A stretch of 64,000 bases of DNA, taken from assembly GCA_963752595.1 (NCBI GenBank), contig CAVVYZ010000002.1, positions 308,745 through 372,744 on the forward strand. The letters run 5' to 3'. The stretch comes from an uncultured delta proteobacterium (GTDB taxonomy: Bacteria; Desulfobacterota; Desulfomonilia; UBA1062). Of this stretch, positions 1 through 11,067 are shown in pieces. The translations under genes and the position numbers were made by a program. The stretch's first letter is position 1. Each line of letters opens with the position of its first letter. The notes under the pieces were generated by a model, which was not told the DNA's origin, ran no database searches, and saw nothing but the letters and a program-made list of their open reading frames with translations.

Positions 1-309
1 TTAATGAAATATCCACCTGGTATGAGTCCAGGAAGCTCTTCGACCTTGCTCATTTCGTGGTCATGTCACGCCCCAATGCAAGGCGGCCTGAACTCGGAGA
101 AGTGCTGGGAGAGAAAGCCGAACTGTTTGCAAAGAGCGGGGACGGCTATGTGAACAGCTCCGGGAACAAGATAATATATCGTAGAGGTGACCCCGCTCGA
201 TATCTCATCGTCTCTTATCCGTGAGGTCTGCCGGCAGGGGAGATCCATCAGATACCTGGTGCCTGAGGAGGTTGAAGAATACATGAGGAACGAAAGGATG
301 TACGAATAG
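1..309 (+). CDS. nadD: Nicotinate-nucleotide adenylyltransferase, C-terminal part (window-truncated; apparent frameshift near 171-180)
   Basis: Manual translation gives ..ISTWYESRKLFDLAHFVVMSRP.. then, in another frame, ..DISSSLIREVCRQGRSIRYLVPEEVEEYM..*; canonical nadD-rsfS-rlmH order. Confidence 0.85.
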
Positions 310-630
310 ATGAAACCTTTGTGGAGCAAGGCGGTAGAAGCCCTGGAGGATGTGAAGGCGACGGATGTCGTTGTCCTGGATGTGAGCGGCGTCTGTTCTT
401 TTACGGATTGTATCATCGTATGCACAGGCATGTCGGACAGGCAGATCAGGGCTATGGCCGAACACGTGATAGATACTGTCGGGAAGCCATTCGGAGCGGA
501 AGGATTGGATACCGGCCGATGGGTTCTCCTGGACTATGTTGAGGTCATCATCCATATCTTCCAGGATGACTTGAGGAAGTATTACGATATCGAAGGCATG
601 TGGTTCGATGCCAAAAGGCTTAAAGGATGA
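310..630 (+). CDS. rsfS: Ribosome silencing factor RsfS (Iojap)
   Basis: KATDVVVLDV, WVLLDY..VIIHIF..R.YYDIEGMW motifs; synteny. Confidence 0.95.
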   Translation: MKPLWSKAVEALEDVKATDVVVLDVSGVCSFTDCIIVCTGMSDRQIRAMAEHVIDTVGKPFGAEGLDTGRWVLLDYVEVIIHIFQDDLRKYYDIEGMWFDAKRLKG

Positions 631-1037
631 AGCTGGTCTTCTGCATGGCTGGGAAGACCGAACGCGGCCCTGTAGGAGAGCTCGTAGACGATTACCGAAA
701 GAGGATTTTCCGATATGGGCCGGTAGAGGTTATCGAGGCCAAAACCCTCAAACTCCAGAGCAGGGAGGGAACCCATGTGCTCCTGAGCCCTGATGGAGAG
801 AGCATGACCTCGGAGGAATTCGCCCGGTTTATCGGGCAGCAGCAGTTGGGTTCGGTAAAACACATCTTTTTCTACACCGGCGGCTCCACCGGGTTTGACG
901 AGTCGCTGGAAGAACATATTAAAAAAAAGATATCACTCTCCCCCATGACCTTCAGCCATCAGATGATCAGGATCATGCTGATGGAGCAGGTCTACCGGGC
1001 CTTCACCATCCTGAATAACGAACCCTATCACAAATAA
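627..1037 (+). CDS. rlmH: 23S rRNA pseudouridine-1915 N3-methyltransferase
   Basis: SPOUT C-terminus SLSPMTFSHQMIRIMLMEQVYRAFTILNNEPYHK. Confidence 0.95.
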   Translation: MKLVFCMAGKTERGPVGELVDDYRKRIFRYGPVEVIEAKTLKLQSREGTHVLLSPDGESMTSEEFARFIGQQQLGSVKHIFFYTGGSTGFDESLEEHIKKKISLSPMTFSHQMIRIMLMEQVYRAFTILNNEPYHK

Positions 1038-1217
1038 GGAAAAAGAAGTCCTCATCGGATGACATGAAAGCTCTTTGATTTTTCTATCTAACCAGGTCAT
1101 TTCATACGATAATCCTATTGTGATAGGAAGACATATTCTTTATAATAGTTTATATGAATTGATGTATCGATTAACATACATTTGATGGGTAAAGTATTGT
1201 CACTACGGGGAGGGAGA

Positions 1218-1703
1218 ATGATGTATTCCAAATTGGTCAAGCTGATCGAGGACAACCAGGACGAGCTGACAAGGCGGTCAAGCAAGGAACTTCTCAGCCG
1301 GGAAGAGACTCAGTGTTATCGAAGCCTTCCAGTGGATATCCTCAGCGAGCGCATTTACGATGTGTACAGCAGGCTTATCTCATGGCTCAATAAGGAAAGG
1401 CGATCCGGAGATATCAAGAAATATTACACCGAGCTCGGGAAAAGGCGGTTCCATGAGGGAATTCCGGTCAGCGAAGTGATAATAGCCTTTATGCTCCTGA
1501 AGAGACATCTCTGGCTCTTCGTTACCGAGAGGCAGTTTTTTGATTCCACATATGAATGCTATCAGGCCCTGGAGCTTAACAACAAGGTCGTTCTCTTTTT
1601 TGACAGGATTATCTATTTTTCCGCCCAGGGGTATGAAGAGGAACTGGGCAAGGCAGGGCAGCATAAAGAAGGGATCTTTTCAAAGCTGCTCAGGAAAAAA
1701 TAA
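1218..1703 (+). CDS. Hypothetical all-helical protein, RsbRD N-terminal/globin-like
   Basis: YTELGKRRFHEGIPVSEVI..L.KRHLW pattern; RBS GGGAG before ATG 1218. Confidence 0.6.
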   Translation: MMYSKLVKLIEDNQDELTRRSSKELLSREETQCYRSLPVDILSERIYDVYSRLISWLNKERRSGDIKKYYTELGKRRFHEGIPVSEVIIAFMLLKRHLWLFVTERQFFDSTYECYQALELNNKVVLFFDRIIYFSAQGYEEELGKAGQHKEGIFSKLLRKK

Positions 1704-1739
1704 ATTTCTTGGGGGAGAATGATCCACATTCCCCTTTGA

Positions 1740-2198
1740 TTATTTTTCGGGTGCCCCGAGATCGAATGAAACCTTTATCTTGAAGACGCGGCGGGCGGGA
1801 AGGTCGAGGACATGTAAGCCCAGCCCACTTTCTATCTCGCGGATTATCTCTCTCGATCTTGCGGCATCAGGGGTAATCAGGGTGAACCAGCAGTTGGGCT
1901 CGCCCGTCCGCACATAGTTGTGAGTTACCTCGGGGTAGGAATTGACGAGCGTTGCGTAATCGGGGATCCTCCCTTCAGGAATCTGCACGGCGCAGAGGGT
2001 CGAATGCCACCCGAGGAGCCTCGGGTTGATAACCGCGCCGATCCTCCTGATGAAACCGCGTTCCTTCAGTGCCCTGATCCGATCAAGGGTCTCGTCTTCG
2101 GAGATGCCGATCTTGTCGGCCACGGCCTTAAACGGCTGCTCTTCAAGAGGAAGCGAATCATTGATGATGGTGAGGATGCTCCTGTCGATTGCGTCCAT
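1740..2198 (-). CDS. ahbA: Siroheme decarboxylase subunit (AhbA/NirD-like, Lrp/AsnC fold)
   Basis: LPLEEQPF..A..G, IRRIG, EVTHNYVR..WFT motifs; directly downstream of ahbD. Confidence 0.8.
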   Translation of the reverse strand: MDAIDRSILTIINDSLPLEEQPFKAVADKIGISEDETLDRIRALKERGFIRRIGAVINPRLLGWHSTLCAVQIPEGRIPDYATLVNSYPEVTHNYVRTGEPNCWFTLITPDAARSREIIREIESGLGLHVLDLPARRVFKIKVSFDLGAPEK

Positions 2199-2203
2199 GT
2201 TTC

Positions 2204-3193
2204 CTATACCTTGTACCAGCATACGGGGTCGGTTTCCAGGAGGTCCGAACGCACTTCAAAGGCCCTGGCCCTGCATCCGCCGCAAACAGCCTTATAGCCG
2301 CATCTCCCGCATTTTCCTTTGAGCGCCTCCGTGTCCCGGAGGAGGTTCAGATAGTGCGAGCGCTCCCATGCGGCGCAGAACCCTTCTTTCCTGATGTCTC
2401 CGCAGGGAATCTGCAGAAACCCGCACGGCTGGATAATGCCTGTGGACGAAACAAAACCGAAATGAGTCCCTGCAAGGCATCCCTTAGTATGGACAGGTTC
2501 GCCCTTCTCAGCCAGGAGCCGGTAGAACTGAGGCGCGCAGGTTGCCTTGCATTCTATGCGGGCCGCTTTGTAGACAAGGAAAAAGGTGTCCAGCATTTCT
2601 TGATATTCTTTGACCTTTGCAGGTTCGAGGTCGACCCCCCTACCGGTGGGTACGAGGAAAAACACGTGCCAGGCAATGACGTGTAAATCTTCGAGGAATG
2701 CAGGGAATGCTTCCATCTGGGAGACGTTCATGGCTGCCACCGTGGTGTTGACCTGGACCGGGATTGAGTTTTTGATGAGGATTTCAATTCCGCGCAATGC
2801 GAGCTCAAATGCCCCGTTCCGGCCCCGGAACCGGTCGTGCATATCGGCAGTGACGCCGTCGAGGCTTACAGAAACCCTTGATATTCCTGCCTCTTTCATG
2901 CCTTGGGCAATCCCGGGGGTGATGAGAGAACCGTTCGTGGCAAGGGTCATGCGTAAGCCGAGCGACTTTCCGAACCGGGCAAGATCGAGCACGTCGGAAC
3001 GCATCAGCGACTCGCCGCCGGAAAGGATTACGAGTTTGGTGCCTGCAGCTGCGACCTCTTCGAGAAGCGCATATCCCTCGCCCGTGGTGAGCTCACCCGG
3101 TTTGGGATCCGGGGTGGCGGAAGCTCTGCAGTGGAGGCAGTCCAAGTTACAGGATGAAGTGAGCTCCCAGGCGAGTATCCGCGGTGCTTTCAT
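2204..3193 (-). CDS. ahbD: Radical SAM/SPASM heme b synthase (alternative heme pathway)
   Basis: [33 protein letters not shown] and SPASM cysteines; overlaps hemB stop. Confidence 0.85.
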   Translation of the reverse strand: MKAPRILAWELTSSCNLDCLHCRASATPDPKPGELTTGEGYALLEEVAAAGTKLVILSGGESLMRSDVLDLARFGKSLGLRMTLATNGSLITPGIAQGMKEAGISRVSVSLDGVTADMHDRFRGRNGAFELALRGIEILIKNSIPVQVNTTVAAMNVSQMEAFPAFLEDLHVIAWHVFFLVPTGRGVDLEPAKVKEYQEMLDTFFLVYKAARIECKATCAPQFYRLLAEKGEPVHTKGCLAGTHFGFVSSTGIIQPCGFLQIPCGDIRKEGFCAAWERSHYLNLLRDTEALKGKCGRCGYKAVCGGCRARAFEVRSDLLETDPVCWYKV

Positions 3194-4161
3194 TTGAGAA
3201 TCCCGGCTATCTCCGGTGCAAAATAGGTGATGATCATATCGGCCCCGGCTCTCTTGATGGAGATAACGCTCTCCATCATGCACGCCTTCTCGTCAAGCCA
3301 GCCCATGGCCGCCGCAGCCTTGATCATGGAGTATTCTCCCGAGACCTGATAGGCGCACAAGGGCTCGTCGAACTCATCGGCAAGGCTCCGGATCACATCC
3401 AGATACGGCAAAGCAGGCTTGACCATAAGGATGTCCGCACCTTCCTCCACATCGAGTCGAGCCTCCCGGAGGGCTTCACGGACATTTGCAGGATCCATCT
3501 GGTAGCCTTTCCGGTCACCGAAGGCAGGTGCCGACCCTGCGGCCTCCCGGAACGGGCCGTAGAAGGATGAAGCGTACTTGACCGAATAGCTCATGATCGG
3601 CATGTACTCGAACCCGCCTTCGTCAAGGGCTTCGCGGATAATGCCCACGCGGCCGTCCATCATGTCCGAGGGCGCGACCATGTCAGCGCCGGCCTTGGCA
3701 TGCGACAGGGCTACCTTTGCCAGGATCTCGAGCGTCTCGTCGTTCTCGACCTCTCCCTTGGGGTTGAGGATTCCGCAGTGACCGTGGCTTGTATATTCGC
3801 ACAGGCAGACATCGGTGATGACGAGGAGATCGGGCGCTGCATCCTTGATCCTTTTGATTGCCTGCTGGACAATCCCGTCGCTCTTGTGCGCTTGGGTGCC
3901 GTAGTTGTCTTTTTTTAAGGGGATTCCAAACAGCAGGACAGCAGGTATGCCCAGAGAGACGATGTGTTTGGCTTCCGATGCAAGCTTGTCGGGCGAGTAC
4001 CGGAACCGGCCGGGCATGGCAGCTATCGGTTCCTTGACGGCCTTCCCCTCCTTTATGAACAGGGGATAGATGAGATCATCGGCCGACAGGGCAGTCTCCC
4101 TTACTATTCTTCGAATAACGGGCTTCAGCCTCAACCTCCGGGATCTGTTCTCAGGAAACAT
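3190..4161 (-). CDS. hemB: Porphobilinogen synthase
   Basis: [33 protein letters not shown]. Confidence 0.98.
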   Translation of the reverse strand: MFPENRSRRLRLKPVIRRIVRETALSADDLIYPLFIKEGKAVKEPIAAMPGRFRYSPDKLASEAKHIVSLGIPAVLLFGIPLKKDNYGTQAHKSDGIVQQAIKRIKDAAPDLLVITDVCLCEYTSHGHCGILNPKGEVENDETLEILAKVALSHAKAGADMVAPSDMMDGRVGIIREALDEGGFEYMPIMSYSVKYASSFYGPFREAAGSAPAFGDRKGYQMDPANVREALREARLDVEEGADILMVKPALPYLDVIRSLADEFDEPLCAYQVSGEYSMIKAAAAMGWLDEKACMMESVISIKRAGADMIITYFAPEIAGILK

Positions 4162-4236
4162 CTCGTTCTCCCTTCAATCGGAATAATTATATTGCTTATC
4201 GGATTAGATATATAACCTGTTTTCAGGCAATGCAAG

Positions 4237-4851
4237 CTATGGAATGGCGAACAGTACCGGGAGAAGCTCAAAACCATGGAGGCGTTCGATCACGAGCATG
4301 ACCATGAAGATCAGCGGGAACCACATGACGCTGAAGAATGCCCTCCTGAAGAGACGCGTGTCAATGGTATATGAAGGCTGCTCACGATAGATAGAAAGTT
4401 TTGGGATGAACATGGGGGTCTTCTTCCGGTATTCCTCGAAGTCTTTGCCGTGGATCCGGTATAAATGCTCTTCTTCCCCGCGGATGACGAAGGGATAATA
4501 GAGGCAGAAGAGGATGACGATCAGGATAAGGACCAGGGTATTCTTAGAAACGAGGCCGATGCCGAGGGCGCCGATGAGGCTGAACAGGTACAGGGGGTTC
4601 CGGACCATGGAGTAGGGGCCGTCCGCAATGAGATCTTTTGTCTTGTGGCCGCTGATGTATGCCAATGCCCACAGCCTGCCGAATGTGGCAAGGAGGATGA
4701 GTGCAAAGGCGATCAGATCGATTGCGATAGACAAAGCAAAGCTCAGCCTCCAGGAAGTTTTGGAGAATATGACGAGAAAGACGATCAGCGCACCGAAGAT
4801 ACGCGAAACCGCTATCCGGTATTTCTGGGAAAAATGTTCAGTCAGCCCCAT
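4237..4851 (-). CDS. Isoprenylcysteine carboxylmethyltransferase/PEMT-family membrane protein
   Basis: LIADGPYSMVRNPLY, EEEHL...G..F.EY...TP.F.P; several TM segments. Confidence 0.85.
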   Translation of the reverse strand: MGLTEHFSQKYRIAVSRIFGALIVFLVIFSKTSWRLSFALSIAIDLIAFALILLATFGRLWALAYISGHKTKDLIADGPYSMVRNPLYLFSLIGALGIGLVSKNTLVLILIVILFCLYYPFVIRGEEEHLYRIHGKDFEEYRKKTPMFIPKLSIYREQPSYTIDTRLFRRAFFSVMWFPLIFMVMLVIERLHGFELLPVLFAIP

Positions 4852-4984
4852 ATGTACTGACAGTTTCTAGGATACATGCATCTCTCCTGTCAATCTTTTT
4901 CAAAGATTTGATTTGTTCAATGGTATTGAGTGTTGTACTAAAATCGTAATAAACAATTCCATACAAAATTATCGAGGTGGGAGC

Positions 4985-6031
4985 ATGGCGATACATGCGG
5001 TTATCATGGCAGGGGGAAAGGGAGAGAGGCTTTGGCCGGTTTCCAAGCCGGGCATGCCCAAGCAGCTCCATTCGTTCGGAACCGGGAAAAGCCTTCTCCG
5101 GAGTACGTTCGAGCGGCTGAACGGTATCACCGGCAGCAGCAACATCTATATCGTAACCAATGCGGAAATCGCGGGAAAGGTTCAAGAACAACTGCCGGAG
5201 CTTACCCCCGGGAACATCCTGGTTGAACCCGTGGGCAGGAACACTGCACCCTGCATCGCCTATGCGGCGCTTCATATTTCGAAAAAAGATCCCGATGCCG
5301 TCATGGCGGTGTTCCCTGCAGATCACCTCATAGGCAAAGAGGCTGATTTCCATGGTGCCATATCCTTCGGGATCAATGCCCTTGCCGCATGGCCGGATGT
5401 CCTCATCACGCTGGGTATGGTTCCTGATCACCCGGAAACAGGGTACGGGTACATCGCGCCTGGAAATATCATCGATCACGACGGTGATTTCTCGCTCCGC
5501 CGTGTTCTCACATTCAAAGAAAAGCCTGATGCGGCAACCGCCCGGGAGTACATCGACAAAGGATTTCTCTGGAACGCGGGAATGTTCATATGGCGGGTGG
5601 ACGCCATACTGAATGCCTTCAGGGCGCATATGCCCCGGATGTATGGCCAGCTTATGTCCATGGGCGTTGGTGGGGAGATAACTGAGGGAGAGCTCCGGGA
5701 ATTCTATGAAACGGTCGAGCCGATCTCCATAGACTACGGCATCATGGAAAAGGTCTCTTCCGCAGGCGTTATCCCTGCAGAGTTCGGCTGGGACGATATC
5801 GGCTCATGGGATGCACTGGGGAAAATCCTCCCCCGGGATGAATCCGGCAATGTGATCAAGGGTGACGCCCTGCTTGAAGACTCGACGAACAATGTGGTTT
5901 GGGCAACCGACAAAAAAATCGTGCTTATCGGAGTGGAGGACCTTGTCGTCATCGAGGGCGAAGAGGCAATACTCGTCTGTCCACGAAAAAAATCACAACA
6001 CGTAAGCAAGATAGCGAAGCGGATGAAGTGA
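4985..6031 (+). CDS. manC: Mannose-1-phosphate guanylyltransferase
   Basis: VIMAGGKGERLWPVS, EPVGRNTAP, ETGYGYI, WNAGMF, SIDYGIMEK, WDDIGSW. Confidence 0.93.
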   Translation: MAIHAVIMAGGKGERLWPVSKPGMPKQLHSFGTGKSLLRSTFERLNGITGSSNIYIVTNAEIAGKVQEQLPELTPGNILVEPVGRNTAPCIAYAALHISKKDPDAVMAVFPADHLIGKEADFHGAISFGINALAAWPDVLITLGMVPDHPETGYGYIAPGNIIDHDGDFSLRRVLTFKEKPDAATAREYIDKGFLWNAGMFIWRVDAILNAFRAHMPRMYGQLMSMGVGGEITEGELREFYETVEPISIDYGIMEKVSSAGVIPAEFGWDDIGSWDALGKILPRDESGNVIKGDALLEDSTNNVVWATDKKIVLIGVEDLVVIEGEEAILVCPRKKSQHVSKIAKRMK

Positions 6032-6046
6032 ACAAGAGGCCGGCTC

Positions 6047-6219
6047 ATCTCCCGGCATTCCATGCGGTGGCTGGTTCAGCCGTGATCCAGGTGTAAAACA
6101 AGGCGCCCCCTGACCTGCCCGTGAGCCATATCCTACGAGGAACACTTCGCTCGCGTGCAGGCTCCCCGATCCCGATTCAATATTGAACTACAGTTTGGAA
6201 TTACGGTTACCGATGAGAT
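6047..6219 (-). ncRNA. ssrS: Probable 6S RNA
   Basis: ~173-nt ORF-free intergenic segment with long rod-like self-complementarity on the minus strand (ATCTC/GAGAT, TTCCA/TGGAA, GTTCA/TGAAC, CCTGC/GCAGG, TCCT/AGGA) and 6S-like GGGAGCC and GGGCGCC..CACCTG boxes. Confidence 0.6.
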
Positions 6220-6272
6220 AAGATAATTTGCAGGTTGCATGTGCGCTGGACGGTCAGCAGTATGGGGTATCT

Positions 6273-7023
6273 ATGAAGATAGAAATTCTTGGTTGCAGCG
6301 GATCAGTGATGCAGGGATTCAATACCACCAGCATCCTGGTCAACGGAGACATCCTCATCGATGCAGGCTCGGCCGCTTCCGTCCTGCCCGAATGACGGGT
6401 ATCCGCGCCATCAAGCACATCCTGATCACCCATTCCCATATCGACCACATCAAAGAGCTGCCTTTCATCCTCGATACGCTGCTGCAACGGTCTCACGGGG
6501 TAACGGTCTGGGGAAGCAAGAATACGATCAGTGCCCTCAACGGGAATATCTTTAACGGCATTATCTGGCCCGAGATCAGGGAGCTGAATAACCACAAGGA
6601 TTTTGTGAAATTCCAGGAAGTCCCGGACAGGTGAATTCTCCGCAGGCAATGTCAGGATCAGACCTATCCCGGTCGAGCATATCCCGGGTTCTTTGAGCTA
6701 TCTGATCTCCGAAGGAGATGGCTATGTCCTCATCAGCGGCGATACCGGGTATAATCAGGCCCTTTTTGACCTGGCCTGCTCTCTTGGCACCGGTCTCAAG
6801 GCTTTTTTTATCGAGGTGTCGTTTCCAAACAGGATGAATGAGCTTGCACGAGCTCACGCGGCATATCACGCCCATGCTCCTTCAGAAGGGGATTGCAGAA
6901 CATGTGTCTCCTTCCACCCGCGTCATTGCCTACCATATCAAGCCCAAGCATATTGACGAAGTAGTTGCAGAACTCCCCCCGAATGTTGCATATATAACAG
7001 GCGGGGAGGTGTTCGAATTTTGA
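6273..7023 (+). CDS. MBL-fold 3',5'-cyclic-nucleotide phosphodiesterase (split by several apparent frameshifts)
   Basis: MKIEILGCSGS..ILIDAG, THSHIDHIKELPF, IFNGIIWP, SGDTG, IEVSFPN, YHIKP found across frames. Confidence 0.75.
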
Positions 7024-7757
7024 GCGAAGTACTGGACATTGCAAAAAAAGACGGAAGATGGATCGAGTGTCGGAATTGCTCCGAAATCATCTTGACCAAA
7101 AAGCTCGTGGAAAACCTCTGGGTTTGTAATCATTGCGATCACCACTTCAGGCTTGGCGCCAGGGACCGTGTCAGGATAACATGCGATGAGGGGAGCTTTG
7201 TCGAACTCGGCATGGATGAGCAAGACGATGAGGGCGTTCCCGAAGAAGCGATTCTGTGCGGGAAAGGGGCCATCGACGGCAAGCAATGCTTCTTAGGCGT
7301 CATGGATTTCTCCCATAAAGGGGGCTCCATGGGGGTCGCCGTGGGACAGAAGATCGTGAGACTCATGAAAGCCGCCCAAGAGGGCTGCCTTCCTCTCATT
7401 ATCTTTACCACTTCGGGTGGGGTTCGTATCCAGGAAGGAATCTGGGGGCTGTTCCAGATGCTCCGCACTGTCCATGCGCGGGATTCGATTGAGAGCTCCC
7501 CTGTGATCACGGTTTTTACCGACCCAACCACCGGAGGGGTCAGTGCGAGCTTCTCAGCCCTTGGCGATATCCTCATTGCAGAGCCAAAAGCCCGTATCGG
7601 ATTTGCCGGGCCCAGAGTCATCCAGTCTACCGTACAATGTGCGATTCCTCCGGGGTTCCAGGATGCCGAGACCCTCATGGCAAATGGTTTCATCGACAGG
7701 ATCGTACACCGCCGTGATCTTCGCAGCACCCTTTCATTCTTCCTGAAATGGTTCTGA
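7020..7757 (+). CDS. accD: Acetyl-CoA carboxylase carboxyltransferase beta subunit
   Basis: Zn finger W.EC..C..C..C, GGSMG, SGGVRIQEG, DPTTGGVSAS, IGFAGPRVI. Confidence 0.95.
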   Translation: MSEVLDIAKKDGRWIECRNCSEIILTKKLVENLWVCNHCDHHFRLGARDRVRITCDEGSFVELGMDEQDDEGVPEEAILCGKGAIDGKQCFLGVMDFSHKGGSMGVAVGQKIVRLMKAAQEGCLPLIIFTTSGGVRIQEGIWGLFQMLRTVHARDSIESSPVITVFTDPTTGGVSASFSALGDILIAEPKARIGFAGPRVIQSTVQCAIPPGFQDAETLMANGFIDRIVHRRDLRSTLSFFLKWF

Positions 7758-8896
7758 AAGACATCTCACCGAATGTCTGGTCTTTGGGCCTGGAACGGGT
7801 AAGGATTGCCCTTGACCGTCTCGGCCGTCCCGAGAGATCCTACCCGCATGTTCTCGTTGCAGGCACGAACGGAAAAGGCTCAACCTGCATCTATCTTGAG
7901 CGAATCCTCTCCGCCATGGGGTTTCGTGTGGGGACAACCATTTCACCCCATGTGACCGATTTTACCGAGCGGTTCAGGATAGACGGCCATAACGCCGCTG
8001 AAGAAGAACTGGCGAGCATACGCATGGAGATCGAACCGCTGCTGGAAGATATCGGGCTGACGTATTTTGAGTGGTGCGTAATCCTCGCAGTCATGATCTT
8101 TGCACGGCACCGTGTCGATTACGGCATTTTCGAGATAGGTCTGGGCGGCAGATATGATGCGGCAAATGCACTGGATCCGTGCGTGTGCCTGATTACCGAA
8201 ATATCGCTGGATCACGTCAAGTACCTTGGATCGACCGTTGAGAAGATCGCTGCGGAGAAGGCAGCCATTGCACGCACGGGCATGCCTCTCATCACCATGG
8301 CAACAGGTCCGGCTTTGGAGGTAATACGGTCTTGTGCAGCAGAATCCGGGGCCATATTCCGGGAAGTGAACGCGCCGTCCCCGCACAGGACATCTCTGAA
8401 AGGATCGAGCCAGCCCATGAATGCAGCCCTGGCCGTGGAGGCTGCTCGTGCACTGGGCTTCAACCCGAGTGAGAATCAGCTCTCCTATGCCCTGTCGACT
8501 GCTTTCCTCCCCGGTCGGATCGAGGATATCGGGGGAAAGATTATCCTCGATGTGGCCCACAATCCGTCGTCTCTCCGTGAATTGATAAAATATCTTGATC
8601 AATCCGGTTTCCATGGGGTAGGGGTGTTTGGTGTTCTTGCGGATAAGGACTACCCCTCAATGATCGAGATGTTAAAAGATGTCTGCTCACGCCTGTATAT
8701 AGCACCGGTGCAATCGGAGAGGTCGTGGAGCCCCGCCGACATGGAGCCCTTTCTCGAGGCAGGGAAAATCATTCGGTTCGGCAGTGTTCGGGAAGCCTTC
8801 CAGAAAGCGCTGTCCGAAGGGGAGACCATCGTGGTAGCCGGTTCTTTCTATACCGTGGGAGAAGTGCGGGAGTCCATTGTATGTACAGGATTCTAG
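7748..8896 (+). CDS. folC: Folylpolyglutamate synthase/dihydrofolate synthase
   Basis: VAGTNGKGS, SPH..ERF, EIGLGGRYDA, LDVAHNP, GSFY. Confidence 0.95.
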   Translation: MVLKDISPNVWSLGLERVRIALDRLGRPERSYPHVLVAGTNGKGSTCIYLERILSAMGFRVGTTISPHVTDFTERFRIDGHNAAEEELASIRMEIEPLLEDIGLTYFEWCVILAVMIFARHRVDYGIFEIGLGGRYDAANALDPCVCLITEISLDHVKYLGSTVEKIAAEKAAIARTGMPLITMATGPALEVIRSCAAESGAIFREVNAPSPHRTSLKGSSQPMNAALAVEAARALGFNPSENQLSYALSTAFLPGRIEDIGGKIILDVAHNPSSLRELIKYLDQSGFHGVGVFGVLADKDYPSMIEMLKDVCSRLYIAPVQSERSWSPADMEPFLEAGKIIRFGSVREAFQKALSEGETIVVAGSFYTVGEVRESIVCTGF

Positions 8897-11067
8897 CGTG
8901 TCTCCTTTTCTCCTTCCTCATAGCTGTCCCCTGTGCTGCAGCAGTCCTGGATGTGGAGGCTGAGAACGTCCAGAAGCAGGGGCAAAGGGTCGAGGCGTTC
9001 GGAAATGTGATCATCAGCGGGCAGGATATCACGCTGAAATCGAATTATGTAGTCTATGATACCCTTACCGAGGATATCTGGGCGGCAGGAAATGTCTTTC
9101 TCAAAGAAAAAGGCGGGGAGATCACTGCCGAGAGCCTCTATTACAACACAAAGAGAAAGGATGTCCGCCTGGAGCAGGGCTCCATCTTTGTCTATGCCGA
9201 ACCGGTCATCATCTCGGGAAAATCGATCACCCGCTACGGAGAAGATGAGTATGAGGGCGACGATATCGTGTTTACCCCGTGCCTGGGAGACAAGCCCGCG
9301 TGGTCCATTGCAGCCGGCAGTTTCGAAGCCCCTTTGGAAAAATACGGGCATGCGGCCCATGCGAGGTTCCAGATCAGAGATCTCCCTATCTTCTATCTCC
9401 CCTACCTCTATTTCCCGGTCAAGCTGCAGAGGCAATCCGGACTTCTTATGCCCTCTTTCAGCAATTCAACCGATTACGGCTACCGGGCAGGGGTACCACT
9501 CTATCTGGTGCTCGGACGAAGCGCAGATGCGACTGTCACACCCATGAATCTCTCCAGCAGGGGCCTGCTCCTGACAGGAGAGTTCCGGTATCGCCTCAGC
9601 GAGCAGGAGGATGGGGGGCTTTACCTCGAAGGCCTGATGAGCGACAAGAAAAGCGGTGAAGAGCTTCCGGGAAGTGTTCTTGGAACGATTCCCGACAGCA
9701 GATGGCTTTTCAGGGCTTACCAGGCCGGCGGAAACCTGACCTGGGATGTCAAGCTCGCCAGCAACCCGGACTATTTCAGGGACATAGGCTCTTTCTACGC
9801 CGACGAGGCAGTCTGGAGGGATTTCTACACCAACGAGCCGGACGACGACCTCGAGGAGCTCGTTTCACGGGCTCAGTGGAACGTGCAGCGGAAAGGTTTT
9901 ACAGCCAACATCTCCGGCATATGGACCCAGGATCTTACTGCTCAAAATGATGACAGGACATTGCAGGAACTCCCGAGGATAGCCCTGAGGACGAATCAAC
10001 GTAAAATTTCCAAGACTCCGGTATTCATAACCTCGGAGCTGAACTCGGTACATATCTATTCACTCGACTGGGTCCAGGCCCTCAAGAACGATGCGCAGGT
10101 CGGCTTCTCGCTTCCCCTGTCCTATTTCCCTTTTTTCACGCTCATGCCTTCATTTACCCAGTACTATCGCGATACATACATCAACGACAACCCGGATCTC
10201 TTCCAGAGCGATGCTATCCGGAATCTCTGGGAGAACAGGGATAGTTCCCTTACCAGCCTCTACAATTCTCAGTTCTTCGGCGACAACCCCGGCATTCTCG
10301 AAGACGACACATACCGTGAACTCTGGCAGAGGCGGGAGGTCTCTCTCACCACCACACTCTACAGCCAGAGATTTTTGGGCGGGTTGTACCACCAGATAGC
10401 CCCGAGCATATCATGGACTCATTTCTCCCGCGTTGGTGGGAACTACGATCCCGGCGATGTGGAAGACGTCTTTCCTGAATTCTTACCTGAAGATGACTGG
10501 AACAAGGAATTCCAGATGCGGATAGCCATCGAGAATTACATCAGAAACTCCTCCGGATGGCCGCTGGCTGATTTTTCGTTGAGCCGCGTATATGATTATC
10601 TGATAAGGGAATGGGATTACTATGAGGCCAATATCGTGCTCCAGCCTGTTCCCTGGTTTACTGCCAGGCATTTCAACAGGTTCGGCCGAGAACCGCACCC
10701 TTATGCCACCATCGAGCATTGGAGCCGGCTGACGGTTCGCGATGCGAGGGATGATGAGCTCTATGCAGCGGAAGAGTACAACAAGGTGGATACCAAATCC
10801 GCCCTCATGGGCATGAAGGTGAACCTTGTTAAGGGCTTGTCTGCCCGCTTCGAGCTCGAGTATGATTTCCTGGACGACAGGGTCGAGAACTCCCGGCAGG
10901 CGCTTACCTATACTGCCCAGTGCTGGAGCGTGGACTTCTATCGGGAGGTCGAGCCTAGTGAAGATAGCACCCCCAGGGAAACAACCATCGGAGTTGCCGC
11001 CAATCTTCTGGGAATTGGACAAGTGGTTCGCACAAAACGAAGCATGACAGGATCAAGCGGACAGTGA
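8881..11067 (+). CDS. lptD: LPS-assembly protein LptD
   Basis: Signal peptide from ATG 8881, FTPC, YLPYLYFP..RQSGLLMP, C-terminal QCWS beta-barrel region. Confidence 0.88.
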   Translation: MYRILACLLFSFLIAVPCAAAVLDVEAENVQKQGQRVEAFGNVIISGQDITLKSNYVVYDTLTEDIWAAGNVFLKEKGGEITAESLYYNTKRKDVRLEQGSIFVYAEPVIISGKSITRYGEDEYEGDDIVFTPCLGDKPAWSIAAGSFEAPLEKYGHAAHARFQIRDLPIFYLPYLYFPVKLQRQSGLLMPSFSNSTDYGYRAGVPLYLVLGRSADATVTPMNLSSRGLLLTGEFRYRLSEQEDGGLYLEGLMSDKKSGEELPGSVLGTIPDSRWLFRAYQAGGNLTWDVKLASNPDYFRDIGSFYADEAVWRDFYTNEPDDDLEELVSRAQWNVQRKGFTANISGIWTQDLTAQNDDRTLQELPRIALRTNQRKISKTPVFITSELNSVHIYSLDWVQALKNDAQVGFSLPLSYFPFFTLMPSFTQYYRDTYINDNPDLFQSDAIRNLWENRDSSLTSLYNSQFFGDNPGILEDDTYRELWQRREVSLTTTLYSQRFLGGLYHQIAPSISWTHFSRVGGNYDPGDVEDVFPEFLPEDDWNKEFQMRIAIENYIRNSSGWPLADFSLSRVYDYLIREWDYYEANIVLQPVPWFTARHFNRFGREPHPYATIEHWSRLTVRDARDDELYAAEEYNKVDTKSALMGMKVNLVKGLSARFELEYDFLDDRVENSRQALTYTAQCWSVDFYREVEPSEDSTPRETTIGVAANLLGIGQVVRTKRSMTGSSGQ

